Virus record (IMG/VR): IMGVR_UViG_3300032277_000045
Span: 1 to 32,710 of that record
Strand: one strand, 5' to 3'
Length of the DNA: 32,710 bases
From: a virus
Taxonomy: Duplodnaviria; Caudoviricetes
The notes beneath the pieces were generated by a model that was not told where the DNA came from, made no database searches, and saw only the letters and a list, made by a program, of their open reading frames with translations. Position 1 is the stretch's first letter. Every line of letters starts with the position of its first letter. Both the position numbers and the translations under genes were made by a program. This document shows positions 15,391 through 25,547 of this stretch, piece after piece.

Positions 15391-16058
15391 ATTATCAAGA
15401 TAAATTTGACGCAATGATGGGCAATCCAAATTTTATGGGGAAATCTATAGGGAAATCTATGAGAATTTGTAAAGATGAACAAGGTACTCCAGGCTGGATT
15501 GCAGCTCGACTAGGATGCCCTAGCGCATCTATGTTTAGCAAGCTATGCACATCCAAGGGTGTCTGGTCTACGCAAGCTGAGAGCTACATCAATCAACTGG
15601 TAGCTGAAGAGCTGACCGGAGAACAAACTGCATTTTATCAAAATGATCATATGCTTCGCGGTACTGAGTTAGAACCTGAAGCTCGTGATCTATATTGCGT
15701 ACTGCAAGATGTCGAAGTTAAGGAAGTCGGTTTCTGTCTGCATGAAACAATCGCTGCTGGGTGTTCACCAGATGGGTTGGTAGGCGAGTCGGGAGGGTTG
15801 GAAATCAAATGTCCTGCTGGAGCAACTCACGTAGGTTACTTGAGGGATGGAATACTTCCCTTGAAATATAAACAGCAGGTCATGGGCTGTCTATGGGTAA
15901 CCCAACGTGATTGGTGGGATTTCTTTTCTTATCATCCTGGCATGAAACCTTTGATCGTTCGCGTTGAGCGTGATGAGGAGTACATAGCCAAACTGGAAGA
16001 GTGTGTGTCCAGGGCGGTCAATTCAATCAATGACAATGTCATTAAATTTTGGGACTAG
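15387..16058 (+). CDS. YqaJ/lambda-type exonuclease
   Basis: 'EQGT..W...RLG..SAS', 'M.RGTELEPEAR', 'GCSPDGLV', 'LEIKCP' and 'Y..QV.G.LWVT'. Start may be ATG 15459. Confidence 0.9.
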   Translation: MNYQDKFDAMMGNPNFMGKSIGKSMRICKDEQGTPGWIAARLGCPSASMFSKLCTSKGVWSTQAESYINQLVAEELTGEQTAFYQNDHMLRGTELEPEARDLYCVLQDVEVKEVGFCLHETIAAGCSPDGLVGESGGLEIKCPAGATHVGYLRDGILPLKYKQQVMGCLWVTQRDWWDFFSYHPGMKPLIVRVERDEEYIAKLEECVSRAVNSINDNVIKFWD

Positions 16059-16061
16059 GAG

Positions 16062-16304
16062 ATGCAAATGAGTGATTACGATAATACTAACCGAGGTGCG
16101 CTGTTTAAAAACGAACGCAAAGAGCAGCCAACTCACTCCGATTACAACGGCACAGTAAATGTAGATGGGAAAGAGTTCTATCTCAATGCGTGGCTAAAAG
16201 AATCACAAGGGGGCAAGGCTTACATGAGCCTGTCGGTCAAGGCTAAAGATGCAGCAAAGTCTAGTGCAGCGCCTACAATCGCAGCAGAAGATGTGCCATT
16301 TTAA
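16062..16304 (+). CDS. Small ssDNA-binding-like protein
   Basis: 'NTNRGALFKN..K....HSDY.G...V.G.EF.L.AW....MSLSV' with an SSB-like acidic tail 'EDVPF'. Confidence 0.7.
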   Translation: MQMSDYDNTNRGALFKNERKEQPTHSDYNGTVNVDGKEFYLNAWLKESQGGKAYMSLSVKAKDAAKSSAAPTIAAEDVPF

Positions 16305-16311
16305 TTTTACG

Positions 16312-16332
16312 GGGGCGAAAGCCCCTTTTTTT
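16312..16332 (+). terminator. Intrinsic terminator
   Basis: GGGGC-GAAA-GCCCC followed by T7. Confidence 0.85.
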
Positions 16333-16353
16333 AACCAACAAAAGATTTGAATC

Positions 16354-16782
16354 ATGGAATTTAAACTAATTAATGGCACATTAATTCCCGTGGATAATGA
16401 GGCCCGTAGTTTTTTGTCTAGCTCTCCCAACTTGGGAATTGTTAAACTGCATCCAGCTCCCGAAGGGAAACGAACTGGTCAGCAAAACTCTGCCATGCAT
16501 AAGTATTTTGCGTTGCTTGCACAGGCTTTGTGTGACGCTGGATTAGATATGAAAGCAGTGTTAAAGCCATCTATTGAAATTCCCTGGACACCTGCGTCAG
16601 CTAAGGCACATCTATGGGTTCCGATTCAAGATTTGATGTTTAACAAAAAACACACATCTGACCTGTCCCCGAAGGAAGTCAACGCAGTGTATCTAACTTT
16701 AAGTAGGCACATGTCCGAGAAACATACTGTTGATGTGGGCTTTCCAAACTCACGTTCAGCTAACTTGACAAGCAAGATTTAG
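16354..16782 (+). CDS. NinB-like recombination protein
   Basis: 'KRT.QQNSAMH.Y...LA', 'K..TSDL...E' and 'V.FP'; located in a nin-like region. Confidence 0.6.
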   Translation: MEFKLINGTLIPVDNEARSFLSSSPNLGIVKLHPAPEGKRTGQQNSAMHKYFALLAQALCDAGLDMKAVLKPSIEIPWTPASAKAHLWVPIQDLMFNKKHTSDLSPKEVNAVYLTLSRHMSEKHTVDVGFPNSRSANLTSKI

Positions 16783-16790
16783 GAGTTGTT

Positions 16791-17006
16791 ATGCATATAG
16801 GTAAGGCAATCAGAAAGGCTCATAGCATTACTAACATCAAACACGCCACAGTAGCGAAGGCTCTTGGTATCAGTGCAGCCAATTACTGTCACGCATTATC
16901 TCAAAGCAGCATGACCGTCTGGCGGTTTAAAGACATATGTGATGAATTAAACATGGATATGAACTCTGTGTATTCTCTTGGAGCAGACCCTTATGAAGAA
17001 CTCTAG
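16791..17006 (+). CDS. Small XRE/Cro-like HTH protein
   Basis: 'IGKAIRKA......HATVAKALGIS.AN.....' and 'IC.EL.M....'; AGGAG RBS. Confidence 0.65.
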   Translation: MHIGKAIRKAHSITNIKHATVAKALGISAANYCHALSQSSMTVWRFKDICDELNMDMNSVYSLGADPYEEL

Positions 17007-17319
17007 CGTAAAGTTTAGGAATTGGTGGTTGTTTCTGTTAGTTAGCGTCAGCATGATGGCGGTGTTTTTTACTTATCGACAACTAGCGGATGAACCGATT
17101 ATTGAAACAACTGAAAAGACTGAAAAGACTGAAACAACTGAGGAAGTGGAGCCGGTGCGTCCTGCGTTTGAGTTTCACGGCATGCGTTGCACTACGTTGC
17201 GTCAAAACCCGATATTCACGTATGATGTACAAAGACAAACAGTAACCTTGGAAGTTGAATGTGCGCCTGAATTGATGTTGAATTATTTTGAAGCAGAAAA
17301 ACCTGCGGGATCAATGTAA
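16993..17319 (+). CDS. Membrane-anchored hypothetical protein
   Basis: N-terminal hydrophobic helix, TEK/TET repeat linker (9-nt repeats at 17104-17143) and two Cys in the C-terminal domain. Confidence 0.6.
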   Translation: MKNSSVKFRNWWLFLLVSVSMMAVFFTYRQLADEPIIETTEKTEKTETTEEVEPVRPAFEFHGMRCTTLRQNPIFTYDVQRQTVTLEVECAPELMLNYFEAEKPAGSM

Positions 17320-17321
17320 TA

Positions 17322-17564
17322 ATGGTTAAGCCAATAGATGTGATTTTTAACTTACCAGACAATTGGGAAGACAACAAAGATCATTACAAGCAAGCTGAAG
17401 ACGTTACAGCCATCCGCAAAGTATATCCAATTACTTCATTCTTGTTTAGTGTCGGCCTGATTAAACTGAGATATGAAAAGATGCATAAAGATGATCAAAT
17501 TCGCGCAGAAAAAACACTGCGTTACTGGCAAAATAACAAGTTAAACCCAGGCTTCTGGAAGTAA
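17322..17564 (+). CDS. Hypothetical protein
   Basis: 80-aa ORF coupled to its neighbours. Confidence 0.55.
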   Translation: MVKPIDVIFNLPDNWEDNKDHYKQAEDVTAIRKVYPITSFLFSVGLIKLRYEKMHKDDQIRAEKTLRYWQNNKLNPGFWK

Positions 17565-18022
17565 TGTCGTTAAGAATTAAGAAGCGCAAACGCAAGTCTA
17601 AACCAAAAACTAAAACCAGCGCGATGTTGCGCCAAGAATGTTATAGAGCGATACAGAAGCTTGCTCGAATATCTGCTGCTGATGAGAATGGATACTGCAC
17701 TTGCGTGTCCTGTGGTGTGACTAAGCACTATACTAGTATGCAGGGCGGTCACTTTATCCCCAAGGGTAACTCATCTTACTGGGCATTAGAGATCGAGAAC
17801 ATCCACCCTCAGTGTTCAGGTTGTAACATGTGGGGCATGAAGCATGGCTCTGCTGCACAGGAGTACACGTTGTGGATGGAGGATATGTACGGCAGGGAAT
17901 TTGTAGAAGAGATGATCGCGAAGAAGAAGCAATCAATTAAGCGATACAAGTCAGATTACGAAGCGTTACTAGCAGAGTTTGTAGAGCTGATTAACACACA
18001 CAAGAAAAGGTTGGGCGAATAA
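17564..18022 (+). CDS. ninG: NinG/Rap-like HNH endonuclease
   Basis: 'CVSCG......QGGHFI.........EIENIHPQC..CN....G....Y...M...YG.E.VE'. Confidence 0.8.
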   Translation: MSLRIKKRKRKSKPKTKTSAMLRQECYRAIQKLARISAADENGYCTCVSCGVTKHYTSMQGGHFIPKGNSSYWALEIENIHPQCSGCNMWGMKHGSAAQEYTLWMEDMYGREFVEEMIAKKKQSIKRYKSDYEALLAEFVELINTHKKRLGE

Positions 18023-18243
18023 TGGATGATGAGATACATGTGTGGATGGTATCTCCCGAAGAAGCTGATGAGTGGCTTAATGATATGCTACACGCATTAG
18101 AAGGGCATGATGTAAACGTCATAGGAACAATACTGTTTATGCTCGAAGACCTGACAGAATTTATTACTCAGAATGAACTGATGCAAAAACAGTTTGCAAA
18201 GTTTGTAGACAACAAACATAACGGCGAGGAGGCAGTACATTGA
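18022..18243 (+). CDS. Hypothetical acidic protein
   Basis: 73-aa ORF with overlapping start/stop. Confidence 0.55.
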   Translation: MDDEIHVWMVSPEEADEWLNDMLHALEGHDVNVIGTILFMLEDLTEFITQNELMQKQFAKFVDNKHNGEEAVH

Positions 18244-18515
18244 AATCAACAGATCACCAGGTAGCAGGGGATCATTATAAGAAATTAAAGATTCAACCTA
18301 TTGAATACATCCTCGCGAATGACATGGGGTTCTGTGAAGGGGCTATTGTCAAGTACATCTCGCGATGGAAAAATAAAGGTGGGGTAGAAGACCTGCGTAA
18401 GATTAAACAGTTCTGTGATTTCTTGATTGAGGATGCAGTAACAGAGAAGCCAAGTTCGCCTCCCCTTACTGAGCGAGAGGCGTTTAAGTCACCCGTAAAC
18501 TCGCCTTTTGCTTAG
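18240..18515 (+). CDS. DUF3310 (T7 gp1.7/SaV-like) protein
   Basis: 'QVAGDHYK...IQPIEYI.AN..GFCEG.IVKY.SRWK.KGGVEDL.K'. Confidence 0.85.
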   Translation: MKSTDHQVAGDHYKKLKIQPIEYILANDMGFCEGAIVKYISRWKNKGGVEDLRKIKQFCDFLIEDAVTEKPSSPPLTEREAFKSPVNSPFA

Positions 18516-18538
18516 AGATTAGTCTGCCAGACTATCCT

Positions 18539-21331
18539 TTATTTTTCTCGTGCTTTTTCTTCGCGGTCTATAGATTTTTCTAAGCCCCCGCCAAAAAAAT
18601 TGTACCAAACCTTTCCAATGATAGGCATCTCTCTCATCATTTTAGATTCTGGCCCGACAAAATCTCCGTTAGCAATTTTCCATACATCTTCGCTTGCAGC
18701 ATTAATCCAATCAGTAGGCGGGGCTACTATCTCTCCAATAGCCGAGCCAACCTGACCTTTATTAACATATTTATCCATAACATACTGGCTTCCACCAAAT
18801 ACTTTTAATAGATTTTCTATGTAGTTGTCTGGCATATCATTTACATCTGTACCCTGCCCTTTTAAGAAGTCTTTAGCCTCATCTACTGTCGCTCCCATCA
18901 TAGGAATAATAGTCATATAGGCTACAAGATTTTCAGCACCTTTCTTAGTATTGCCAGCTTTAAATTCCTGAACAATATCTCTACGCATAACATCTAACTG
19001 TTTGATTGCAAAAGTTTTCAGTGAATAAAAAATTCTTCCGTTAGGATTCCGAAGATAGCTTAATGGCATTTGCGAAAGATTGATTGGCTGAACGCCTGCC
19101 AATTCGTTATACAATATCAACTTAACATTATCAGTTATGTTGCCTGCTTTTAAATCAGCAACAGTAGATTTAAATTCATTCCCTAGCATCTCTCCATATT
19201 TCTTTCTGATTGACGCTATGCCCGACTCACTTTTTGCGGCTTGTTTAAATTTACGATACGAAGAATTTAATAAAGTGTTTTTTCCCAACCTATCTATTTT
19301 CTTAAATCCTACTGCGGCCAGGCTTTTATCTAGCATCTTGGCTGTTGTGCCAACAGTAGATAATTCTTGGGCGATCATGTTGTTAATGCCGAGATCGTCT
19401 AGATCAATGCTTTTCTTCCCTAGCATTGAGGCAATTGTATGGCGTAATCCATTAGCATAAACCGACATGCCAAGATCGCCTATTTGAGTTAGTGCAGAAA
19501 AGGGATTTCCCAGCGTTGTCATGTAACCTATGTTCCGCATGCTTTGATTAATTTTGCTTGCGCTTGCTTCGCCTAATCCAAATCTAGCCTCTAACATTTC
19601 AGCAAGACGGTCGGAGTCTGCCTCTGCCATATCACCTTTTGCAACTGCCTCATCAATATATCCGCCTATCGACTCATCTAAATTCATTTCTCGAATACTT
19701 TTATCTTTAACAGATTTGCCTCTTCCAAAAAAAGTGCGTTTATGAATGTCGCTAACAGCTTTCATAATATGTGTGTTGAGAGCGGTCTTAGGGTCTTGAT
19801 ATTGAGAGATCAGATTGTCATCTATTTTTCCAATCTCCCTGCCTTTAGAGAACCCCATCTTTCCATCAAGCATATTTGGTTTGCGTCCACGCATTACTTG
19901 ATTAATAACATTAATTCTTTCTTCTGAAGGCATATCTTCAACAGACTTTAGTTTTAATTGTTTTGCTTTTAACTTTAAAGCTTTTTGTAGTGTAGTCTTT
20001 TCTTCAATACCCAGAGCTTCAACAAACTTTTTATAATCCTTCAGCATTCTAGGATAGTAATTTGTCATATCTCCAAGGTCATCGTAACCAGCTTCTTTTA
20101 CAAGCCTGTCACGAATATCTTTTAATACATCTCTTGCTTGCTGAAAAGACTCGTCACTATTTGGTGAGTATTTTTTTAAGATAGCAGAAGCATCATCAAA
20201 CTCTCCATTGTTTAAACTTCTGGATACTAATTTTAAATCCTCTCCGTTCATTTTGTCGAATATATCTGTAAGCGGTTTGACTTGTTTTATATATTTATCG
20301 GTTTCACTAGCAATTTTGTATTCAGTTTTGCCTAGTAATGCGTGAGCTTTGGGGCTGATAGCTTTGATGTTAGTGCTAATCACTCCCATAAAATCTTCAG
20401 CAAATTTCCAACCTTTAGTGGCAGCAGAAGGAGCTATGTTTTTTGCTTTAACTGCAAGAATAGCTTGTGCGTTTTCTTGGGAAGGAATGTTCATAGTAGC
20501 ATCTGACTTAATGAGTATTGCATCGAGCTGATCTTGGTCAAGACCCATACGATTACGAACTTCTTGCTGGATAACTGCTTTATCTGACACGCCTTTGGAC
20601 GCTTGCTCTACTACAATATTTTCTATTTCTTCAAATTGAGTAGCAGCTTGCTTCTTGGCTTCAGGAGAACGTCTCTCTATTAAAGCCTTCCTCGCGGATG
20701 GTGTTAAGCCTTTAATCACTGCTGATGTAGCAGGAGCAGCAATAGCACCAAGGGCAGTAGCCCCCGCAAGTTGAGCAGGGTTGACTTCGCCTGTTTTAGC
20801 AAGTTGTTCTAAAACATTATACTCAGCACCAAATGCCGCGCCTACTGCGGCTAGTCCTTTGTATCCTTGGTATGCTTTGGATACAGGAATAAGCGTAGTT
20901 GGACTCATTAGAGAGCCTACAATTGTGCCTGCTATACCAGCAGCACCGCCCATTCCTTCTTGTCTAGCAGCTTCTGGGTACTTCTCTCCTAACTCTAACT
21001 CTTTAGTCCGAGCAATAACTTGTCTTCGGACATCAGCAGATGCCTGCATATACTTCTCGCCGTATAATTCTTCTGCTGGAGTATAGCTAAAACCATCACG
21101 AAAACTAAAACCAACTTTGCCTATAGGAAACTCACTCGACAAATAAGTAAAAGCATTGCCAATATCCGTGTCAGCAGACTCATAAGCATATGCAAACTTA
21201 TTAAAGGTAGACGGTTCTGCTTCAGGTGTTGGAGCTTTGATCGCTGCTCGTGCTTCTGGAGATATTTTATCAAATTTTTTGGCAGCAATAAACTCAAGGT
21301 CAGTCTTGCTGAGTTTAGATAAATCGACCAT
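18539..21331 (-). CDS. Large internal virion/ejection protein
   Basis: 930 aa, helical, last late gene. Gly/Ala-rich TM-like N-terminal segments and 'NYYPR' motif; position equivalent to T7 gp16/P22 gp16. Confidence 0.65.
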   Translation of the reverse strand: MVDLSKLSKTDLEFIAAKKFDKISPEARAAIKAPTPEAEPSTFNKFAYAYESADTDIGNAFTYLSSEFPIGKVGFSFRDGFSYTPAEELYGEKYMQASADVRRQVIARTKELELGEKYPEAARQEGMGGAAGIAGTIVGSLMSPTTLIPVSKAYQGYKGLAAVGAAFGAEYNVLEQLAKTGEVNPAQLAGATALGAIAAPATSAVIKGLTPSARKALIERRSPEAKKQAATQFEEIENIVVEQASKGVSDKAVIQQEVRNRMGLDQDQLDAILIKSDATMNIPSQENAQAILAVKAKNIAPSAATKGWKFAEDFMGVISTNIKAISPKAHALLGKTEYKIASETDKYIKQVKPLTDIFDKMNGEDLKLVSRSLNNGEFDDASAILKKYSPNSDESFQQARDVLKDIRDRLVKEAGYDDLGDMTNYYPRMLKDYKKFVEALGIEEKTTLQKALKLKAKQLKLKSVEDMPSEERINVINQVMRGRKPNMLDGKMGFSKGREIGKIDDNLISQYQDPKTALNTHIMKAVSDIHKRTFFGRGKSVKDKSIREMNLDESIGGYIDEAVAKGDMAEADSDRLAEMLEARFGLGEASASKINQSMRNIGYMTTLGNPFSALTQIGDLGMSVYANGLRHTIASMLGKKSIDLDDLGINNMIAQELSTVGTTAKMLDKSLAAVGFKKIDRLGKNTLLNSSYRKFKQAAKSESGIASIRKKYGEMLGNEFKSTVADLKAGNITDNVKLILYNELAGVQPINLSQMPLSYLRNPNGRIFYSLKTFAIKQLDVMRRDIVQEFKAGNTKKGAENLVAYMTIIPMMGATVDEAKDFLKGQGTDVNDMPDNYIENLLKVFGGSQYVMDKYVNKGQVGSAIGEIVAPPTDWINAASEDVWKIANGDFVGPESKMMREMPIIGKVWYNFFGGGLEKSIDREEKAREK

Positions 21332-21341
21332 TAGTTCACCT

Positions 21342-22709
21342 TTATGGTTGAAGAGCCATTACATTATTTCTAGCTTGTGCCATTGCTTCTTGATTATAAG
21401 CAGAGCCAGGCGGTTTAATTTTTTGATACTCTTCTATTACAAGCCTGTTTATAGCCGCATTTTCTTGAGTGCCTACATATTCTTCTGCGGCATTTAAGTT
21501 TGTTAACTTTAATATGCCGCTAGTCATTTGTGTATAGCCTCCAGGCACTTCATCTAATTTATCGGCATCTTCTTTGCTAATTGTTTCGGGGAACTTTGGA
21601 GATTCAGGCACAAGATTAAGTAAGGCTGCGGCAGCAGCAGCGGAATCTTCTTCTTCCTCTGGAGTGATAATATCTAAACCTGCCTGCTCTTGCGCCATTT
21701 CTTCTATATCTATAGCGTTTACTGCTGCTCCAACACCAGTTAAAACCATAGCTTCGATGTAGTTTAATTGCTCAGTAGGGCCAGACATTGGATTTATCAT
21801 GCGATAACGCGCAGCCAATTCGCTTATTTGCTCTTGGCTGACATCCGGTTGACCTCCAAAAAATCCTCCTTTAAGTTTTTTAGCTAAGTCAGGACGAAGT
21901 TTAGCAAGCTTAAATAAGTCATCTGACTCTCCTTGGCTTAATCCTTTATATGACAAAGCATTGGTCGCTCTAAATTTTGCAGCTTCAGCTCTGGCAATGT
22001 CTTGCATGACTGTTGACGGCTCTAATAACAAACTTCTAATACCTTCAGCATATGTAGAGTATTCAGACCCAAGAGCATCAATAGAATCTGCAAAAGTGCC
22101 TGTATTTTCTCTTCTTGTTGCATCATCAATAAACTGTCTTGCTCGTTGTGAGATTTCTAATCCTCTAGCAGCTTCAGTTAAGACTGACATTCTTTCATCT
22201 TGCCCTGCTGCAATACGCGCTCTTTCTTCTTGTGTTTCAGCAAGGCGCATTCTTTGTATTGCAGAACTGGTTTGCACCCCTAACTGAGCTTGGCGCATTT
22301 GTTCTGTGGTTTGAGCCATTTCTCTATCTTCCATGTCCATACGCATCTGACTCGCGGCCTGACGTAAAGCTGCTGCGCGAATAGGGTCAACGCTTTGTAG
22401 AGACTGAGCTGCTTTGAGCAAACCTTCTGGAGTCGAGGCATCCATCTCTCCTATCTGTTCTTGAAGCTTTTCACTGGTAGTCCTGGGATCAATCCCAAGC
22501 ATAGGCTGTACTGCCCTACGCAAGTCTTCGTTACGCTGCACACCTAGCTGACCCGCCATCTGAGCAAGCGGAGCCAATGCCCTAGAGCGACCAGTAAGAC
22601 CTGATGCTAATAGCTGGCCTTGAGCCATGCCTTGCTGTAGCAGCTTCTGCTGACGTTGCTCAGGAGTATCAATGATGTCCGCGAAGAGTGTAGATATATT
22701 TATAGGCAT
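21342..22709 (-). CDS. Probable internal virion/ejection protein
   Basis: 455 aa, Q/A/E-rich and helical; located between the other ejection-type genes. Confidence 0.55.
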   Translation of the reverse strand: MPINISTLFADIIDTPEQRQQKLLQQGMAQGQLLASGLTGRSRALAPLAQMAGQLGVQRNEDLRRAVQPMLGIDPRTTSEKLQEQIGEMDASTPEGLLKAAQSLQSVDPIRAAALRQAASQMRMDMEDREMAQTTEQMRQAQLGVQTSSAIQRMRLAETQEERARIAAGQDERMSVLTEAARGLEISQRARQFIDDATRRENTGTFADSIDALGSEYSTYAEGIRSLLLEPSTVMQDIARAEAAKFRATNALSYKGLSQGESDDLFKLAKLRPDLAKKLKGGFFGGQPDVSQEQISELAARYRMINPMSGPTEQLNYIEAMVLTGVGAAVNAIDIEEMAQEQAGLDIITPEEEEDSAAAAAALLNLVPESPKFPETISKEDADKLDEVPGGYTQMTSGILKLTNLNAAEEYVGTQENAAINRLVIEEYQKIKPPGSAYNQEAMAQARNNVMALQP

Positions 22710-22711
22710 GA

Positions 22712-23785
22712 TTATCTCCCAAGCAGACTTTGAGTTGCGTTTGCAATGTTGCCGATATCTTGCACATTAACATTTTGATAAGTGTTTGGATCGTAAAACC
22801 TAAATCCAGAATCTGTAGCAGCTCTTGCTTGCTCGGCTGTTTGCGCTTGATCACCCTTTAACAGATCAAACAATCCTTGGAATTGTTGTTGTCGTAGGGC
22901 ATTAGCTAGTGCTGAATATCCAAGCTGTGCTTCTAAAGTAGACTCAGCCAATCCTGTCCCTAAGCCCAAACCTGTAGATTGTAGTCCTGCACTAATTCGC
23001 GAGGCTTCTAAGGATGGCTGTAAACTTGATAGGAGCTGCTGCTGTCCTTGATAAGCGGATGGAATAGCTTGCAGTCCTAGATCGCCAGCCAATCCCATTC
23101 TGCCTCTAAACTCTCCTAGTCCACCCAGTGTTTGCTGCGATGTTAGAGCTTGTTCTGCTCTTGCTTGTTCCATAGCCGTTAAGGCTGATCCAGCTTGTTG
23201 TTCTTGAATAGCCTTTTCTAATGCTAGAGCTTCAGGAGTTCCCCCAAACATACTGGTTCGGACTCCTGTTCTGCCTTGACCATATAAACGCTCTTCTAAT
23301 CCAAGACGTTGTCGCTCTTGTTCAGGTGCTTGCAGGGCTGTGAGATTACCCATAATCTCCTGCTCTCGCGCAGCTCTTTGGGTAGGGTCTTGAGTTAACA
23401 TATTAATTAAATTAGTTTGCTCTGTCCCTCGTTGACCTGGATCACCTAGAAAGTCAAACATACTAGAGCTAAACCCTAGCAAACGATCTTGCAATGCTTG
23501 CTCTTCAGGACTTAACGTAGCAGTTAATCCACCAGCAGCACCTATAGACGCTGCGCTTCCAGTTGGAGTGGTTACGCCAAATGGTTTAAAGGTAGATTCT
23601 CTGCCAATCTTTCCCATTAACCCGCCAGTAGCCGCAACAGGTGGCATGTCTCCATACACCGTCTGTACGTCACGCTCACCAGCCTGCTGAATGTCTCTAA
23701 TTGCTTTCTCTTGAGCTGCTGCGCTGCCTACAGCAGAGAGCAAACCTCCTGTAGTCCCGCCAACTAAACCGTCATACCAGGCCAT
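22712..23785 (-). CDS. Probable DNA pilot/ejection protein
   Basis: Gly-rich N-terminus, Q/A/L-rich body, 'LEERLYGQGRTG' motif. Confidence 0.55.
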   Translation of the reverse strand: MAWYDGLVGGTTGGLLSAVGSAAAQEKAIRDIQQAGERDVQTVYGDMPPVAATGGLMGKIGRESTFKPFGVTTPTGSAASIGAAGGLTATLSPEEQALQDRLLGFSSSMFDFLGDPGQRGTEQTNLINMLTQDPTQRAAREQEIMGNLTALQAPEQERQRLGLEERLYGQGRTGVRTSMFGGTPEALALEKAIQEQQAGSALTAMEQARAEQALTSQQTLGGLGEFRGRMGLAGDLGLQAIPSAYQGQQQLLSSLQPSLEASRISAGLQSTGLGLGTGLAESTLEAQLGYSALANALRQQQFQGLFDLLKGDQAQTAEQARAATDSGFRFYDPNTYQNVNVQDIGNIANATQSLLGR

Positions 23786-24018
23786 TAGTAAGTACCTCCA
23801 TCAATAGTTCCAAACGTAGACGTACCACTCACCGTTAAATTAGCTGCGGTTACCGTTCCTGTAAATGTAGGAGATTCAGAGTTTGATTTGCTGTTTACTG
23901 CGACAGCAATTGCATCGTACTCAGCCCCTATCTCAGAGCCTTTGATCACTTTGGCGGGGTTACCACTCACCATAGCGTCTTTGGCAGCGAAGTTCGTGAT
24001 CTTCGTGTAGTTAGACAT
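23785..24018 (-). CDS. Small tail structural protein
   Basis: 'MSNYTK.TNFAAKD....GNP.K.IKG.EI..E.DAIA.AV.SK....SPTFTGTV', fibre/needle-like; ends 'IDGGTY'. Confidence 0.6.
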   Translation of the reverse strand: MSNYTKITNFAAKDAMVSGNPAKVIKGSEIGAEYDAIAVAVNSKSNSESPTFTGTVTAANLTVSGTSTFGTIDGGTY

Positions 24019-25547
24019 TACACAATCCTTCCCATTAGGGCTTGAATATTAATTTCTTGCAAGGCAATGCTCTTGCCATCAATTGTAGTCTCTACGCCAA
24101 CGGATACTACTGTACCCTGCCCTGACGTATTGATTTTCTTTCGCGTTATTAACGATATAGAGGAAGAATACTCTGCTGTCGTATTAAATTCCGAGATATT
24201 GTATTGTCCCACATTAGAGGCTGGCAAAGTATACGCTTGCTTCTTGTATGCGCCTGAATAATCGTATGCCCAGCTCAACACAACCGTAGCCTCTGCCCCA
24301 TCAAAAGTAGTTACGTTAATCTTCTTTAAGAATTTTAGATTAGCTGTATCGCCAAAACTTAAAGGATGACTAAAGTAACGTAATAAATAACTACTAGTTC
24401 CATCCTTAAAGCTTGTGTATTGAGCCAGACCCGTACTGTGACCAATGTATAAAGCTTCAGCAGCAGTGTTGGTAAAGATCAATGGGTTAATATGTGACCA
24501 GGTAGTCGCTCTGTAACTACCATCTTCTAATGGAAAACGTGTATCAAAACAGTAGACTATAGCTAATGCTTGAAAGTTAAGTAACACAAACGCTTCACGG
24601 GGAAAATAGTGCAGACTGATATTTCCTGTTTCTGCCGCGAAGAGAGACTTAATATCGTTGTTTACGTTTTTAGATATATCGCCAATTGGTGCTGACTTCT
24701 CCTGAATTGTCCTTGCCAAACTACGAACACCTGAGTCATCCAAGAATATTAAATCTTTACCAGTAGATACTACGGCATCCCTTGATACACAGCCGACATT
24801 AGAGATAGTGTCCGCGAGAGTCATGCTTGCAGGGCTTTCGGCTCCATCATATAGAACAATAGAGTTACGCCCAAAGATCACCAGGAAACCATTGTGAGCG
24901 GCTAAAGCAACTATTGTATCGTAACCTGTGGGCCAGACTGTCGTAATGTCAATCGATCCCGTAGACCCTCCTGTCCAAGCTGCTCCGTCAAGTAAGTCTG
25001 ACCAGTAGATTGTAGACTTATCGGCTGTAAAGTCTGCTACCCATAATCTACCAAACGCTGCTAAACACTCATTACCCTGTGGAGGTGTCCCTGTAGAGTG
25101 TGCATGTGATGAGATTGTTTCAACGGAGCCTACGTGATCAGAATACATCAATGGCTCTTGAGCGCGTTGGAACATATACATGTGATCGTTAAACGATACA
25201 AACTTCCAGTTGTTAGCACTAATCGTATAAGACGCAGGAGTTGCATCTACTAGAGTAGTTGTCCCGGTAAAGATTTTGTTATTACCTGCTGATAAGAATG
25301 TAATATCTCCATCATTAGCTACAAATTCACCCATAGACTCAATGCCATCAGAGCTTCCTAGAACAGCAGCTCCGTTAGTTGAGATCATGCTATAGCCTTT
25401 TCTTGAAGCTATACGTCCTTCTTTATCAATAACGCAATTATCTGCCACAGCCGAAAAGCTAGGCTCTTGAGCTAGTGGTGCATCCTGGGTGTTAATACCC
25501 GCAAAGCCAGGAGCTGTTATTGTAATGCTCTGTAATTGTTGAGCCAT
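24018..25547 (-). CDS. Tail nozzle/hub (P22 gp10/T7 gp12-like)
   Basis: 509 aa, beta-rich with propeller-like motifs 'GRLWV', 'IYWSDL.D...W' and 'NVGCVSRD'; follows the adaptor. Confidence 0.75.
   Translation of the reverse strand: MAQQLQSITITAPGFAGINTQDAPLAQEPSFSAVADNCVIDKEGRIASRKGYSMISTNGAAVLGSSDGIESMGEFVANDGDITFLSAGNNKIFTGTTTLVDATPASYTISANNWKFVSFNDHMYMFQRAQEPLMYSDHVGSVETISSHAHSTGTPPQGNECLAAFGRLWVADFTADKSTIYWSDLLDGAAWTGGSTGSIDITTVWPTGYDTIVALAAHNGFLVIFGRNSIVLYDGAESPASMTLADTISNVGCVSRDAVVSTGKDLIFLDDSGVRSLARTIQEKSAPIGDISKNVNNDIKSLFAAETGNISLHYFPREAFVLLNFQALAIVYCFDTRFPLEDGSYRATTWSHINPLIFTNTAAEALYIGHSTGLAQYTSFKDGTSSYLLRYFSHPLSFGDTANLKFLKKINVTTFDGAEATVVLSWAYDYSGAYKKQAYTLPASNVGQYNISEFNTTAEYSSSISLITRKKINTSGQGTVVSVGVETTIDGKSIALQEINIQALMGRIV

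Noticed and set aside
15438-15460. Tandem GGGAAATCTAT duplication at the exonuclease 5' end
   Set aside because: Probably a local duplication around the start codon; it only affects start-site choice.
9019-18515. Integrase, CI repressor, DNA/RNA polymerase, tRNA or auxiliary metabolic genes
   Set aside because: No supporting motifs recognised in any ORF or intergenic region.
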